This document shows positions 41,233 through 54,835 of a DNA stretch of 64,000 nucleotides, one piece after another. A program made the position numbers and the translations under genes. The notes beneath the pieces were generated by a model that made no database searches, had not been told where the DNA came from, and saw only the letters and a list, made by a program, of their open reading frames with translations. This DNA comes from Mytilus californianus. Its lineage: Eukaryota. The DNA is taken from the NCBI RefSeq assembly GCF_021869535.1, contig NW_026262581.1, forward strand, positions 115,568,001 through 115,632,000. Reading direction: 5' to 3'. The first letter of the stretch is position 1, and each line of letters opens with the position of its first letter.

Positions 41233-42954
41233 GAGGCTTGTATTGGGTATATTGGGATACGGGATATTTGCCATTTTAATTTTAGGAATATGGGATATTT
41301 GTCCTAAAAATAAATGGGATATGGGATATTGATACATTTTTAGGGATATTGAATATTGGACATGAAAAAAAAAGTGTGGAATTCAAAAGTTAAGTACAGA
41401 AATAGTTACATCTCACTTGATAAAATTGCCAAAAATAGGCCGTTAGTTTTCTCAGCAATCGAATTGTTTCATATTTTTCATGTCGGGGCCTTTTATAGCC
41501 GACTATACGGTATGGTTTTTTCTCATTGTTGAAGGCCGTACGGTTGCCTATAATTGCTTACATCCACTTTATTTGAACTTATACCTCATCTCCTTATTTT
41601 TTTAAGGGTAAAAATGATAAGCATGTTAAGATTTATCTGCCACGTAATTTTTCAAACCAATTGGACAACCCTTTTTGCAGTTATTGTATCTGGAATTATT
41701 AATTTTACGAAATATCTCGGTTTTTTTTGGGTTTTTTTTGGTTATTATTATCTTAAGTGCTGATAAAGAGAAATTTTGAACAGCAAAAATGACCAGGAAG
41801 TTGAGATCTACAACTAAGTTAACTGACCAAAATTGTAAATTTATCCCTTATAGGAGTTATTGGCTTGAAAAGCAATTTTTTTTTAATTAAATTTTCAAGT
41901 TTTTTTTAAGAAACTATAATAGATGAAGGGAAACTTTAAGTTACAAAAATGTTCAACAAAATTAGATCTATGAATAAGTTAACATGACCAAACTGGTCAA
42001 CTGATCCTTTATAGGAGTTCTTGCCCTTGAAAGATTACTTACCAAAAGTTTAAATCTTTTGGAGAAACTATGTTGGACATGGATAAACATTAAATGGCAA
42101 AGATCTTTAGTAAAATAGGACCTACAAATAAGTTATCATGACCGAAATTGCCAATCGAGCTCTCAAAGGAGTTATTGCCCTTGTTTGACATATCCTTGCC
42201 ATTTTATTTTTCAAATATAGGAGCTAGATTAAAAGCTTAATTTGGGAAAATGATCAACATGATGACAAGTATCCACCCTGAAAATTTTCGAAAAATCTAA
42301 CCACATTTTTTTGAGTTATTGCCCCTGAAATGTCTATTTTTATAATTTTTAGCAGTTGTTGGCTGTTATCATGAAAACTATATGAGCTAGATTAAAAGTG
42401 TAAGTAAAAAAAATAATAATCAGCATAACAAGACCTATTTACTATGATATTTTTGGCAACAAGTTTTAGAAGTATTCTCCCTGAAATGTTGATTTTTTAC
42501 TGTTTTTGAAGTTTTGGCTTTTGATTTCTAAAAACCTATAAGAGCTAGGTTAAACATGTAAATTGCAAAAATGATCAGCAACAGAAAGAGTAACTAAATT
42601 ATGTGCATATCAAAGTCCTCATTAGCAAACTGGCGATTTTTTTTTTCATCAGGTGAGTGATAAAGACAAAGTTGTGCCTCTTGTTTATATGTCAAATAAA
42701 TAATTAACTTTTCTCTGTGAAAAAGCCCACATCCTTACTACAACGCATACAACATGTATTTACGAAAGTTGTATACAAAAATGGGTTTGTGTGAATTAAT
42801 GATTTTTTTGGATATTTCAAAATAGTTTTAGGGATACGGGATATTTGTAAAAAATATTTATTGGGATATTAGGGGTAAACATTATAGGGATATGGGATAT
42901 TGGGACAAAAACTTAATGGGATATGGGATATTGATATCCCCCCTAAACAAGCCT
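41233..42954. mobile_element. Non-autonomous TIR element (gaggcttgt...acaagcctc) with gggatat subterminal repeats and nested repeat insertions
   Basis: 9-bp inverted termini; gggatatgggatatt motifs cluster at both ends. An internal segment at about 41445-41600 belongs to another repeat family. Confidence 0.5.
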
Positions 42955-43076
42955 CGTTATACCTGAATGATTTTTACATTGGATGATCGTAAGGGCGTTC
43001 CGTAGTATTGTTGCCATAGACATTTCTACCCACGTGACTTTCGTTTTTGACTGATAACCGAACGCAAAATAACATT

Positions 43077-43675
43077 CCTTATCGCTTGTTATATATCAAT
43101 TTCATCAATAAATATTAATGTAAATAATTTTTAAGAACATAGATAAATGATATGAAAATGTTTTGTCGTGAGAAATATATATATCAAATAATAACAAATC
43201 AAGAATACCGAAAATTTGTGTTAACGCATGCGGAAGAATATCTCAAGAACGTTTTGCGGGAAAATACGAATGCCTACTCAAATCCAATCTATTAGAAAAA
43301 TCGAATCGTTACAGAAGAGTGTCCACCATGCACTTGTCTTGCACTATTATTAGAATAGTAGAATAGAATGATATACAAATGGACGAAAATTATATATACA
43401 TGTAACTGTTATATACAAATATTAATATAATATATAACAACAAACCAGAGTATACTGATTTGTATCACTACGATATAATAGTTATTACGTTGAGGTTGAA
43501 TTCCCTGTCATTTTATTCATCATCCACGCACGAACTTGTCTCAGAAAAAAATATATCTATGTACCTTAACCTCACTTTAAGGTATAAATATGTGATTTTT
43601 TTTCTGAGACAAGTGCTTGTGACCATCCACAAGAACTTGCGGTCATCCGATGTTCAGTACTTCAGTACTTTGATT
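43077..43675. repeat. Inverted copy of the 18526..19144 repeat
   Basis: Reverse-complement match to 18526..19144. Confidence 0.8.
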
Positions 43676-45252
43676 ATCTTTGATACGACCCTACTATTTT
43701 TCCTGTAAACTGTAGGTGTCAATAATCGGTGTCGAGAGTTGTTGAAAAGGTCTAATACACGCTATCGGTATGGCAGATACAATAGGATCTATGTTCCCTT
43801 TTGCTATTAAAAGCATTGTATTTGCTATCGTGGAAAACAGATTCATGTCTGCGTTTTTGATTGCCATTGCCATACAATTGATTTTACAATAGATCTATGT
43901 TACCTATTGCATTTTGTAATAGGGTGTTTAATTCAAATGTCAACGTTCCAGATGTTGTTAATATTATATTCTACGTGAACTCGCATAAACTTGAAAAGAA
44001 GTCAAAGTTTTATTTCAACTTCTGTTCTTGGTTTGCTTAAGTTCTCCGTTTGCTTCCCGAGTGATATTTACACAAACCTTTTCAATACACACATGACCGA
44101 ACAGCGGAAATCACTGTCAATGCTTATGATTTAGACCAGTCACATTAAAAAGATTTCTTAGCCAAAAATGGGAGAGGATGTATTTAAAGATATGAGTAAT
44201 TTCAAAAGCGCAAAACACATCTTTTATACAGTATCACGGGCTTTTAAGTTGTATTGGTGAGTCCCATGCATGTTTAAGCCTAAAACGTATAAATTTAAGT
44301 CACAATGTGTAAAAAGTAAACACCAAGTTGCTTTCTTTAAAAAAAGAAATGCAATCGTAAACCCAAATGCTTGTTTGGCATTAGATATAAGATAATTGTT
44401 TTAAAAAAAAGATTTATTGTTTTATATCATTTTTGTTATGTAAGAATTAGAAACTGACAGTGACTGTTTACTTAAAATAAATACTGTTCAATGTGGGGTG
44501 AAATATTCTTGTTAAAGGAATATTTTTTTCTCTCCTCTCTCCCAAAAGACATCATGTTAAGTCACCCACTTGATGCTCCATTCTAAGATGCTGGTTTTTG
44601 TTTTTAAATTAGAGTTAGTTTTTAGGCTAAAGTTCAAATGCAAATGTGAAGAAATTTAATCAATTAATGATTATATGTGTTTAAGAAATGCAATACGTGA
44701 ACCTGTAAAATAGCCGTTTTTATTGGAATTTGAGATATGTTCATGGTTATTTGAACAATGGCTTGATATTGATCATTATTAAGATCCTTACACCTGCTCT
44801 GCAAGGTTTTTTTATGCTTAGGGTAGCAAGAATTGGCAATTTTAAGTTCTGTGCTTTGTGTATGCTCTTAAAAGTTTTAGATGACAAACCTCTTTTGTTA
44901 AAAACAAACACTTTTAAAACCTTTAACTCGCTTTGAAGATATTTTCCGGATGTCCCATTTTATTTTGATGTTTTCTTATATTTTAAATTGTGGGTCATGA
45001 AAAAAAGGCCTGCAAGTTTAATTGTAAATATATACAATTTGAATCGCACTGTATCCTCTTCACCTTGATGACCGAAACCAATTCATTAAAAAAAAAACAG
45101 CTTACACCATGTACTTATAAACAAACAAACAAAATTGAAAACAACAAAAAAACTAACATGGTCAAACCTGAAATTACCACTGATCAGTATACCCATCACC
45201 TAAATATGAGTTTGTTTAAAGGTCACATTTATGAACTGTTGTAAGGTGTTCC

Positions 45253-46110
45253 TTTTTGTCGAGCCTTCGACTTTAGTCGAAAAAGCGAGACAAAGCGATT
45301 CTACATTCCGTCGGTGCCGTCGGCGGTGGCGTCCACAAATATTCACTCTGTGGTTAAAGTTTTTGAAATTTTAATAACTTTCTTAAACTATTCTGGATTT
45401 GTACCAAACTTGGACAGAAGCTTGTTTATGATCATAAGATAGTATCCAGAAGTAACTTTTGTAAGAATAAAATTCCATTTTTTCCGTATTTTACTTATAA
45501 ATGGACATAGTTTTTTCTGCTGGGAAACAATACATTCACTCTGTGGTTAAAATTTTTAAAATTCTAATAACATTCTTAAACTATCCTGGATTTGTACCAA
45601 ACTTGGACAGAAGCGTGTTTATGATCATAAGATAGTATCCAGAAGTAAATTTTGTAAAAATGAAATTCCATTTTTTCCGTATTTTACTTATAAATGGACT
45701 TAGTTTTCTGCTGGGATACAATACATTCACTCCGAGGTTAAAGTTTTTTTTAAATTTTAATAACTTTCTTATACTATCCTGGATTTGTACCAAACTTGGG
45801 CAGAAGCTTGTTTATGATTAAAAGCTAGTATCTAAAAGGATATTTTTTGTTAAAATTTTGTACCTGTTTATCTGTATTTTACTTATAAATGGACTTAGTT
45901 TTTCTTCCAGTTAACATTACATACAGTCTGAAGTTAAATTTTTTAGATTTATAAACTATCCTGGATTTTTACCAAACTTGGACAGAAGCTTCTTAAAATA
46001 AAAAAAAATAGTATTGAGAGGAATATTTTTATTGATGTTTTCCTCATTTTTGTTGAGCCTGCGATTTACAGCAAAAGTAGGCGAGACACTGGGTTCCGCG
46101 GAACCGTTAC
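45253..46110 (+). mobile_element. Helentron-associated non-autonomous element (HINE/CvA-like) carrying about 3.5 tandem 190-195-bp units
   Basis: T-rich 5' end ttttgtcgagcct...gcgagaca, then a GC microsatellite-like tract, tandem units (ttcactctgtggttaaa...accaaacttggacagaagc...), and a 3' ttgagcct...gcgagaca followed by the perfect palindrome ggttccgcggaacc (46092..46105). A truncated copy lies at 55621..55745. Confidence 0.7.
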
Positions 46111-46556
46111 GATTTTTTTTATCTGAACACGATTTTTTCATTAAATATTAAAGGGTGTCTTTTACATGGTAAAATTACACTACTGTCTTATGGTATGTAT
46201 GTAAATTCTTTTAAACCAGGTGTATTCATAAGCACATGTCCCAAGTCCGAAGCATGTTGTTTAGTGGTTGTCTTTTTTAGGTGCAGTTCATATTTGCTTT
46301 TTGTTTCTGGTTTGAAGTTAAATTAGATCTGTTTGTTTTTCCTGTTTAAATTGTTTTATAACAGTGTTTTGGGGCTCTCGGTAGGATGCTGTCCAATGTG
46401 AGCCAAGCTTTTGTGTTGAAGGCTGAATTATAACCTATAATTGCTAAATTTGACTACACTGTGTTTTGATGGAGAGTTGTCTTCCTACCACATTTAAAAA
46501 GATATTCCCTGACATTTGACAAATCCATTAGAATAATCGAGATATTGAAATTGAAC

Positions 46557-48513
46557 TGAAGTTGCCTAGTAGGTTTCTTACATTGACCCGGCTATCCTTT
46601 TTCTCTCTTGCTGGATAGTTTTATACTGGTCATTTGGGGGCACTGTGTAGCCTACTGATCAGTGAGATGGCTCAAAATCTTCTTACACTATTTTACATTT
46701 TCGTACTTAATATATTAAAACCGAAAATTCATCATCTGATCGTCTTTATGAAATAATAATTATTTATTTTTATTTTGACGAACATTTTGAGGAGCATTAA
46801 TTACTACAGGCCGAACATATAGTTAGATAATCTGTTCCCTGACCAAGATAACTATAAATAGAAATACATTTTTCTTATCTCTGCCTGCATCTGTCATCAC
46901 TCGGTGTCTATTAATTAATAGACATTTGATAAGGAAATAACGTTGCAATATTTAAACAAAGAAAATTGCAATTTTAAAGAAAATAAAAACTATTCAAGGA
47001 CGTATATCAATTTAGATTATATACGTCCTTGGTCTATCCTAGACGTAAAATTTCAATAAAGTGCAAGAAAGACTTCATTTTAATTTCAGTATTGTCCTTT
47101 AGTTAGTCCCACAAGGACGTTGAGGTATGAAAATTATGAAATAGCCTGCTTCGTACATTATGTACATTTTCCCTAGACTCGGAATCTTAAGTGAAATGCT
47201 AGTAATACTTCTTTTATAGATTTTAGTTTTAACATGGAAGTCAATATAATACTTCCATGGTTTTAACAAATCTCGTTTCGAATATAAATCGCATTGTTTA
47301 CGTGAAATCTTATCTCATATCTACACACACAGCTGGTTTCAACGTTTGACTCTAATTAGAATAACTACGCGTATATGTAAGGTAAATATTAGCAGCTTGT
47401 AATTGCGTGCAAGGAAGTATTCAAATGCTTATTAAAGTAGCTTGCGTCATAATAAATTTCGCATCATATGTAACATATCTCTATAGCAACTTTAAGATGC
47501 TAATGATTCAACAGGTCAAATAATAAGCTATTGCTTGAAGTTGCCTAGTAGGTTTCTTACATTGACCCGGCTATCCTTTTTCTCTCTTGCTGGATAGTTT
47601 TATACTGGTCATTTGGGGGCACTGTGTAGCCTACTGATCAGTGAGATGGCTCAAAATCTTCTTACACTATTTTACATTTTCGTACTTAATATATTAAAAC
47701 CGAAAATTCATCATCTGATCGTCTTTATGAAATAATAATTATTTATTTTTATTTTGACGAACATTTTGAGGAGCATTAATTACTACAGGCCGAACATATA
47801 GTTAGATAATCTGTTCCCTGACCAAGATAACTATAAATAGAAATACATTTTTCTTATCTCTGCCTGCATCTGTCATCACTCGGTGTCTATTAATTAATAG
47901 ACATTTGATAAGGAAATAACGTTGCAATATTTAAACAAAGAAAATTGCAATTTTAAAGAAAATAAAAACTATTCAAGGACGTATATCAATTTAGATTATA
48001 TACGTCCTTGGTCTATCCTAGACGTAAAATTTCAATAAAGTGCAAGAAAGACTTCATTTTAATTTCAGTATTGTCCTTTAGTTAGTCCCACAAGGACGTT
48101 GAGGTATGAAAATTATGAAATAGCCTGCTTCGTACATTATGTACATTTTCCCTAGACTCGGAATCTTAAGTGAAATGCTAGTAATACTTCTTTTATAGAT
48201 TTTAGTTTTAACATGGAAGTCAATATAATACTTCCATGGTTTTAACAAATCTCGTTTCGAATATAAATCGCATTGTTTACGTGAAATCTTATCTCATATC
48301 TACACACACAGCTGGTTTCAACGTTTGACTCTAATTAGAATAACTACGCGTATATGTAAGGTAAATATTAGCAGCTTGTAATTGCGTGCAAGGAAGTATT
48401 CAAATGCTTATTAAAGTAGCTTGCGTCATAATAAATTTCGCATCATATGTAACATATCTCTATAGCAACTTTAAGATGCTAATGATTCAACAGGTCAAAT
48501 AATAAGCTATTGC
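46557..48513. repeat. Head-to-tail tandem duplication, period 979 bp (46557..47534 and 47536..48513)
   Basis: No differences found between the copies by eye; junction ...aagctattgc-t-tgaagttgcc... Confidence 0.92.
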
Positions 48514-49629
48514 GCATGTATATGAAAGGTGGCCATAGAAAGAAACAGATGCATTCCGAATGACATCCGGTGTTCCGAAAGACTACGGACATCGTCCAAT
48601 ATATACTGCGTAAACCCTCAGGGGTTTACGCAATTATAGGTCAAAGTACGGCTTTCAACACGGAGCCTTAGCTCACACCGAACAACAAGCTATAAAGTGT
48701 ATTAAAATGACTAGTGTAAAACAATTCAAACAGGAAAACCAACGGTCTAATCTATTTAAAAATCGAGAAACACTTAAGAACCACATCAACAAACGACAAC
48801 CACTGAAACAGGTTCCGGACTTAGGACAGGTGCAAACAAATGCAGCGGGTTTAAACGTTTTAACATGCGCCAACCTTCACCCTAACCTGAAATAGTAGTG
48901 CAACATTACAACATAGAAAGACACACTATAAAATATCAATTGAAATGGCTTAACTCAATAAAAAAGATATATCAACAAAAACAAGTAAACATATGAGTTG
49001 TCTCATTGGCACTCATACCACGTCTTCTTATATCTATACACTGAATGAATAAATTTGATCTATGACACAATATAAATACAATATTAAATAAAAAAAGGGG
49101 GATTTAAAATAATGAAACCTATTAAAGCCAGCTACCAAAGATTGTAGGAAATGGTCCTTCTTCATAAGCAACGTCAATAGACCGGAACAAAACTGCCTCC
49201 GGATACAACCACAGCAAAGTCATTTGGAGAAATTCGCAAGTGACCAACAGTCCTAACTAACCAATTCAACAATATTGTTTTAACCAGTTTTTAATGATGC
49301 GCAAATTGCCAGAATATTTAACATTTTGAATGGGGGTAGTAGTATATGGAAGAAGAAGATTTCGAACAGGCAATACTAAAACCAATAGATACAAAAAGTA
49401 TAATACCAGTAAAGAAAAGAAAGAAGTATACGGAAATCACAAAACAGGAGCATATCAAATGTGAAATGAAGTATTCTAACTTTCTGGCGTACTGTTTGTT
49501 ATAACATTATAATGTAAAATTGTTGACAAAAAAAGAAATTTGAAAATGGAAATTATACAATTTGTCTTTAAATGGTTTTCATGTCCCTTCTTCAGTTAAA
49601 GTAATGAGAATATAAAATACCATGTGGAG

Positions 49630-49716
49630 TACTCGATGTACTCAAGCAGAAGTAACGATGTACTCAAGCATAAGTATCGGTGTACTCAAGCATAAGTACC
49701 GATGTACTCAAGCATA
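49630..49716. repeat. About four copies of a 21-22-bp unit (gatgtactcaagcataagtacc)
   Basis: Directly visible. Confidence 0.8.
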
Positions 49717-52700
49717 AATAAATGATCCATTGCAGTTAATAAAATGGCACGAGAACACAGTTATTTCGTAGTGCATTTCTTTTAGACAATAAATGAAAAT
49801 AAAAAAAAATCCCACCTGCGCTTTCTCAATAATATTTTTACAGTGTGGTGTACTACTTTTGGGAAAAATTATATCAAAATTATAGAACACTTCGAATTTA
49901 TCAGCTCTAACTCAAAATATGGACAGTTTTATGTTAATGGGGGTCTTGAATACTTTATAAAGCTTCAGACATATTAATTTTTAACCTTTTTCAGCTGGAC
50001 CAAATCACTACTTTACTTTGAAATTCATGACCCAAATTTTTTCACAGTGTAATTTCATCCCCTTACTTGCTATTTGAGGCATAAAACATGAAGAAATAAA
50101 TTTGGAAGGGGTATGAAAAAAATTTCAACTAATACACTGTTCACAGTAGGGACTATATTTGTAGACAACGAAAATCAAAGTACAATCCATTTGTTATATA
50201 AGAAAAACATTGCCACAGTCCAAGCAATGATTTATATGTCGTCACCGTGAAAGATTTGTTACTTCGATTGAATTTTTTTTTTACATTGAGCAGATGATTT
50301 ATAAGATCTTCCAGATTATTTCCGGCGTACTCGCAATACGTAATATTGTTTTTTTTAAATTTTCTGTATACAGCTCTTGTCTTAAATAAAACAAAATGAA
50401 GACCAGTTTAGTGTTCAATAATTACAATGATTTCCTGTCAACTCTGTCTACCAATGTTCCAATTTAAAATTAAACACGAAGCGCAACTACATATTTCTAT
50501 AATGATGTATACTATACCAATTCTAACTAGAAGTAAGTTCTTGAAGTTAATCTTTTCATTCAAGAATTTCTTTTCTCGAACAGTTCCTTTTGGTGATTGC
50601 AAGAAATATTGATATTGTAGTGGTCTTCAGCAAAAACCCTTTTGTTTCAAGCGCTGTGTGCGTGTATTTATATTTCTTGATCATCGTCTCAGAAATTTAC
50701 CATCCATTTCGTGTTGCTATCTATTATAAATATACATGTCGGCAAGAAGAGGTGCGCAGTGTAGTCCCATGGGAGCACCGAAATAATTCTTGAGACTATT
50801 TAAAAAGAATTTTTCAGCTGTTATTAAAGAACCAAAACAGAATGGGTGTAAATTACACATAAGTTACTTTTATCCTGCCAGGGTCCAAATTGCGATTGTA
50901 CAATGACACTGCTATAGGCTGGATATATCTACTACGTATAAAATGTACGCTTAAAATAAATGAACTACTGAACTGACCCAATATTATATCTAAAGAGAAC
51001 TCACATGACTAGAATTATGTAACTTGTGATATTTGCTTACTGCACATATATTAATATATCTTTTTTCAGTTAAAATGAAGTGTCGAAGTATTTGTTGTTG
51101 ATTTTCTAATGTTTATCTTCTTAGTGTATACGTTTTATCCTAAAACAAGTCATGCATAGATTTAAATAACCTCCTTTACCACGAGGTTAGTACGTTATTA
51201 TTTTTCTGTATTTTGACGGCTTTTTTCTCTGTATCTTGTTTGATGCTAACTTTGACTCCCGGAAAGATTGAATGTCTTATTTTCTTTCCTCACATTGAAA
51301 GCAGATATTAAGATGGCGTGATGTAAACAAATGAAACGATATCTCCTGAATCGATTTCATATTGGGAATTCGGAAAAATGAATATAAAAGTTCACTATCA
51401 TCGGTATTTATTTTTCACCTTTATGGAATGTCACGATACTTAAATAGAAGTTTCTTCATGATCAAGAAATAACATCTGATGTAAAATGTTGTTTTTTTTT
51501 GTCGTCTTTTGCTGTTACATTGTTGGTTTTTTTTTGGCAGTGAACATTGGGTTTTTTTATAACAACTGTGAGAGGTTTAGCTAGCTATAAAACCAGGTTT
51601 AACCCACATTTTTCTTCAGAAAATGCCTGTAGTACCAAATATGACAGTTGTTTTCCATTCGTTCCGTTGGTTGAAATAGTCGATTGTTTGACTTTGTCAG
51701 GTTTTATGGACTTCCCCCTTTTTTTACTTGGAGTTCGGTATTTTTGTAATACCTTTTACAATTTTACACGCAGGCAAGACACATGGTTTAGCGGAACCTT
51801 TTACGAATTTTACTTACAATAAAAAGTAAAATAACAAAAATACCGAACTCCAAGGAAAATTCAAAACAGAAATTCCCTTGTCAAATGGCAAAACCCATCC
51901 ACTGTCATATTCCTGACTTGGTACAGGAATTTCCTTATGTAGAAATTAAGCTTTGACATGACTACTGTTGCTTATTTTAAATATTTGAATGTTAGAAAGC
52001 ATATCACACACAAAACTTCATGCAGATACACCTGGATTGGTTCTAATTGTACAATATTAGAACTAATTTCGATATCATGCTCTGCTTATGATGTTACCAT
52101 ACACGTGCACGATGTTTACAAATACTTTCACTTTTGACTATAACGTTTATTTGATGTTTTTGTGAACCCATCTCCAGTTAACCTCTTAAGTAAAAAAAAA
52201 AGAAAATCAAGAGGTAAAATGAAATAAAACAACTAAACTACGTACATGTATGTAATAATAGATGTATTATTATTTTTATTATAGTAAATAAAAGACTAAA
52301 GCAACATTGAAGCAATACCATAATACCACTGGTGGGAAGCCATTGTAATAGTCTTTGATTGGCTTTAAAATATGGTCAAAGTAATGACTAATAAACATGT
52401 ATTAATAAAACAACATGTGAGGTATTTGTCAATAAGTTAAAAGATACAAAAAAAAAGACAAACTACGCATAAAGATCCAAAAACAGATTTCAACAATGTG
52501 TACATGTCTATAAAATATGTCAATCTCAATATCGCCCCGAGTCTAGAAAAGGTATGAATAAATTCAACAGAGACTATCAAAGAAATGTTCTCAACACGCA
52601 TTTTTCAAGTGGAAAAGACGAACATCATACTGAATCAATGCAGCTGTCAAAAATCAACTGGACGTGAAATGGAGTTTTCGGAAATTAAGCAAGTTGTTTC

Positions 52701-53792
52701 GACCATAAATGAAAAGTTTCCTTTAAGTTCAGATACAATTAGACCGTGCTTCTAATATTCTAATATTGAGGAAATATTGAGTTCATTATTCAAACCTTTA
52801 ACGCTAGGATGATCATAATGGGAAACCAGAACAGATGACCAATACAGGAAAAATATTTTTAACCACAGTAAAGAAAATATACAAATTATATGATACTTTT
52901 CGTAAATTTTCAATACCAGCTTCAAAATCTTACCAAAAAAAAAAGAAGCTTTCCTTTCCGTTTTGTCTTCACATAATGTAGTCTCGGCTTTGATGGAAAA
53001 GTATTTGATAAAGTAGATGGTTTAAATAATTTGGAAAAAACTTTCGCGAAGCATTTGACAGACCATTCAATATGACCTCTTGGAATGTATGCATCAAATG
53101 GACTGAAATAAAGCAACTATAATAGTGGAGCAGCTCGGGGGCCCCAAACTAGACAAAATTTGGAGCGGAATAGGTTAAAAGTCTAGATTAATCATTAATG
53201 TAACTCCATAAGGGGACGGGCAACCCGGCCTTCCTCCCCCTTCCCCATAAATCCGCTCAGATAGGTAGGCATTATATGTGTCAATATGTTTACACCGAGT
53301 GTCAGCGAGGTGTAAAATGTTGACAAACATATTGCCTACCATGTTAAAATGAGCATAAAGCATGACATTACAAAATTATTTCGATTTTAATAGGTAAATT
53401 CATAACTTTCGTACCTCGAAGCGGACCCATGCGACATTTGGAAAGGTAGCCAATTTGATTTAACGAAGCAAGAACGTTTTCAATAACCAACCCTTTCATG
53501 TTATCAAGAAGTGTACAAATGCATGTAAACTTATTTTTAGATGGATTTTTTTTTTAATTTCCTGGCGGACAACACCAAAAGAAAGGTCCATATTGATATC
53601 CAGCGTTGTTCAAAATACAACTGATGTTACAACTTTAAGTTTTACGTCATGCACGTGCACACCGTGTTCTATTTAACAACATGGCTTTATTTTTTCAAGG
53701 CAAAAGAAAAGTTTCATATTTAGAATTTCATTTTTCACACTTTATGAATTCATTTGAAATTGATTCATTTGGTGCTCATAGACGTATTACTG

Positions 53793-54591
53793 CTATATCT
53801 GACTAGTTTGAACACTCTTTACGTCGTTTCCAGTCGATGGAACCTGTATATCAGTCTTTTCAATCACTAACTCTTTCTGTATTTTTTTTGAATCGAAACA
53901 AGAAACAAATCTATAATGATACAGTCATGAAATACATAATGCATTGATCGTTCAACGTACAAAACGATGAATATTTCAGTATTTTCAGGACATAAACAAG
54001 TTCAACTTTAGGATAATTAAAGCTTAGATGCCTTTAAAATAGTAAGATACATTTAAAAAAAAAATAGTTTCAAATAACACAGACATAAATGATATTAAGA
54101 GGCTTTTAACCCATGTTCGTCCTTAAAATTATTGGTACAAACAATTGATTTCCTTTTATGTTCATTAGAAATTAGTAATCTGATTAGTGTAAAAAAAACA
54201 AACCTAAAATAACTGTTAACTTATTCACAGTAACAAAAACACAAGACAGCACGCGATCCCATCACAAATCATCAGCCTATTTCCAGCGTCGACAGTGCCA
54301 GTATTCTATTGAAAAACTCTCTAAGATTCGATATTTTTTCTTCTCTTACAATTTAACGTTAAAATCTTGAATAAACACAAACTTCTACCGAAATAACAAT
54401 GATGTGATAATAGTAATAATCATTTAATAATTACCCCATTAGTACAAGACCGCAAACTGGAAAGCCGGCCATTACAAAAAATATGAATCCTCTGTACATG
54501 GTCAAAGTTTGTCTATATATATTTTTGAAGACAGTGGATCCTGATAACATGCTCAATACTTCAAACATGTAGACATTGGAAAACATCACCC
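53793..54591 (-). CDS. SLC46 copy D, last two coding exons only (54591..54435, 53910..53793); exons 1-2 not found in the window
   Basis: Exon 3 reads GVMFSNVYMFEVLSMLSGSTVFKNIYRQTLTMYRGFIFFVMAGFPVCGLVLMG and is 157 nt, the same as in copies A and C. Exon 4 GFVSCFDSKKIQKELVIEKTDIQ... aligns with IFVTC.../IFIKC...EIVIERPNIQ of copies C and B. Confidence 0.8.
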
Positions 54592-54835
54592 CTTTAATAA
54601 AACAAAGATAATATATAATCAGTAAGTAAAATTATCTCCGACGACCCATAATCGCTCATCTGTGCAATTTGTTCATGCACTTTTATTGATATCTGATCTA
54701 TTTTTACAAGAATTCATATATACTAGAACACACCCGCGAAATCGCTGTTCCGTGACTGAATTAAAGTATCTACGCCTTATTTAAGCCAGGATTGTTGGTA
54801 TTCGAATTGTCATCTGATAAAATCATGCTGATTAC

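Noticed and set aside
49135-49270. Exon-like open stretch on the minus strand (GLLVTCEFLQMTLLWLYPEAV...)
   Set aside because: Weak splice signals, no recognisable domain and no partner exons.
39000-53700. Assorted 60-105-aa ORFs from the track in this interval and elsewhere
   Set aside because: They fall in recognisable interspersed repeats or AT-rich intergenic DNA and show no domain or exon support.
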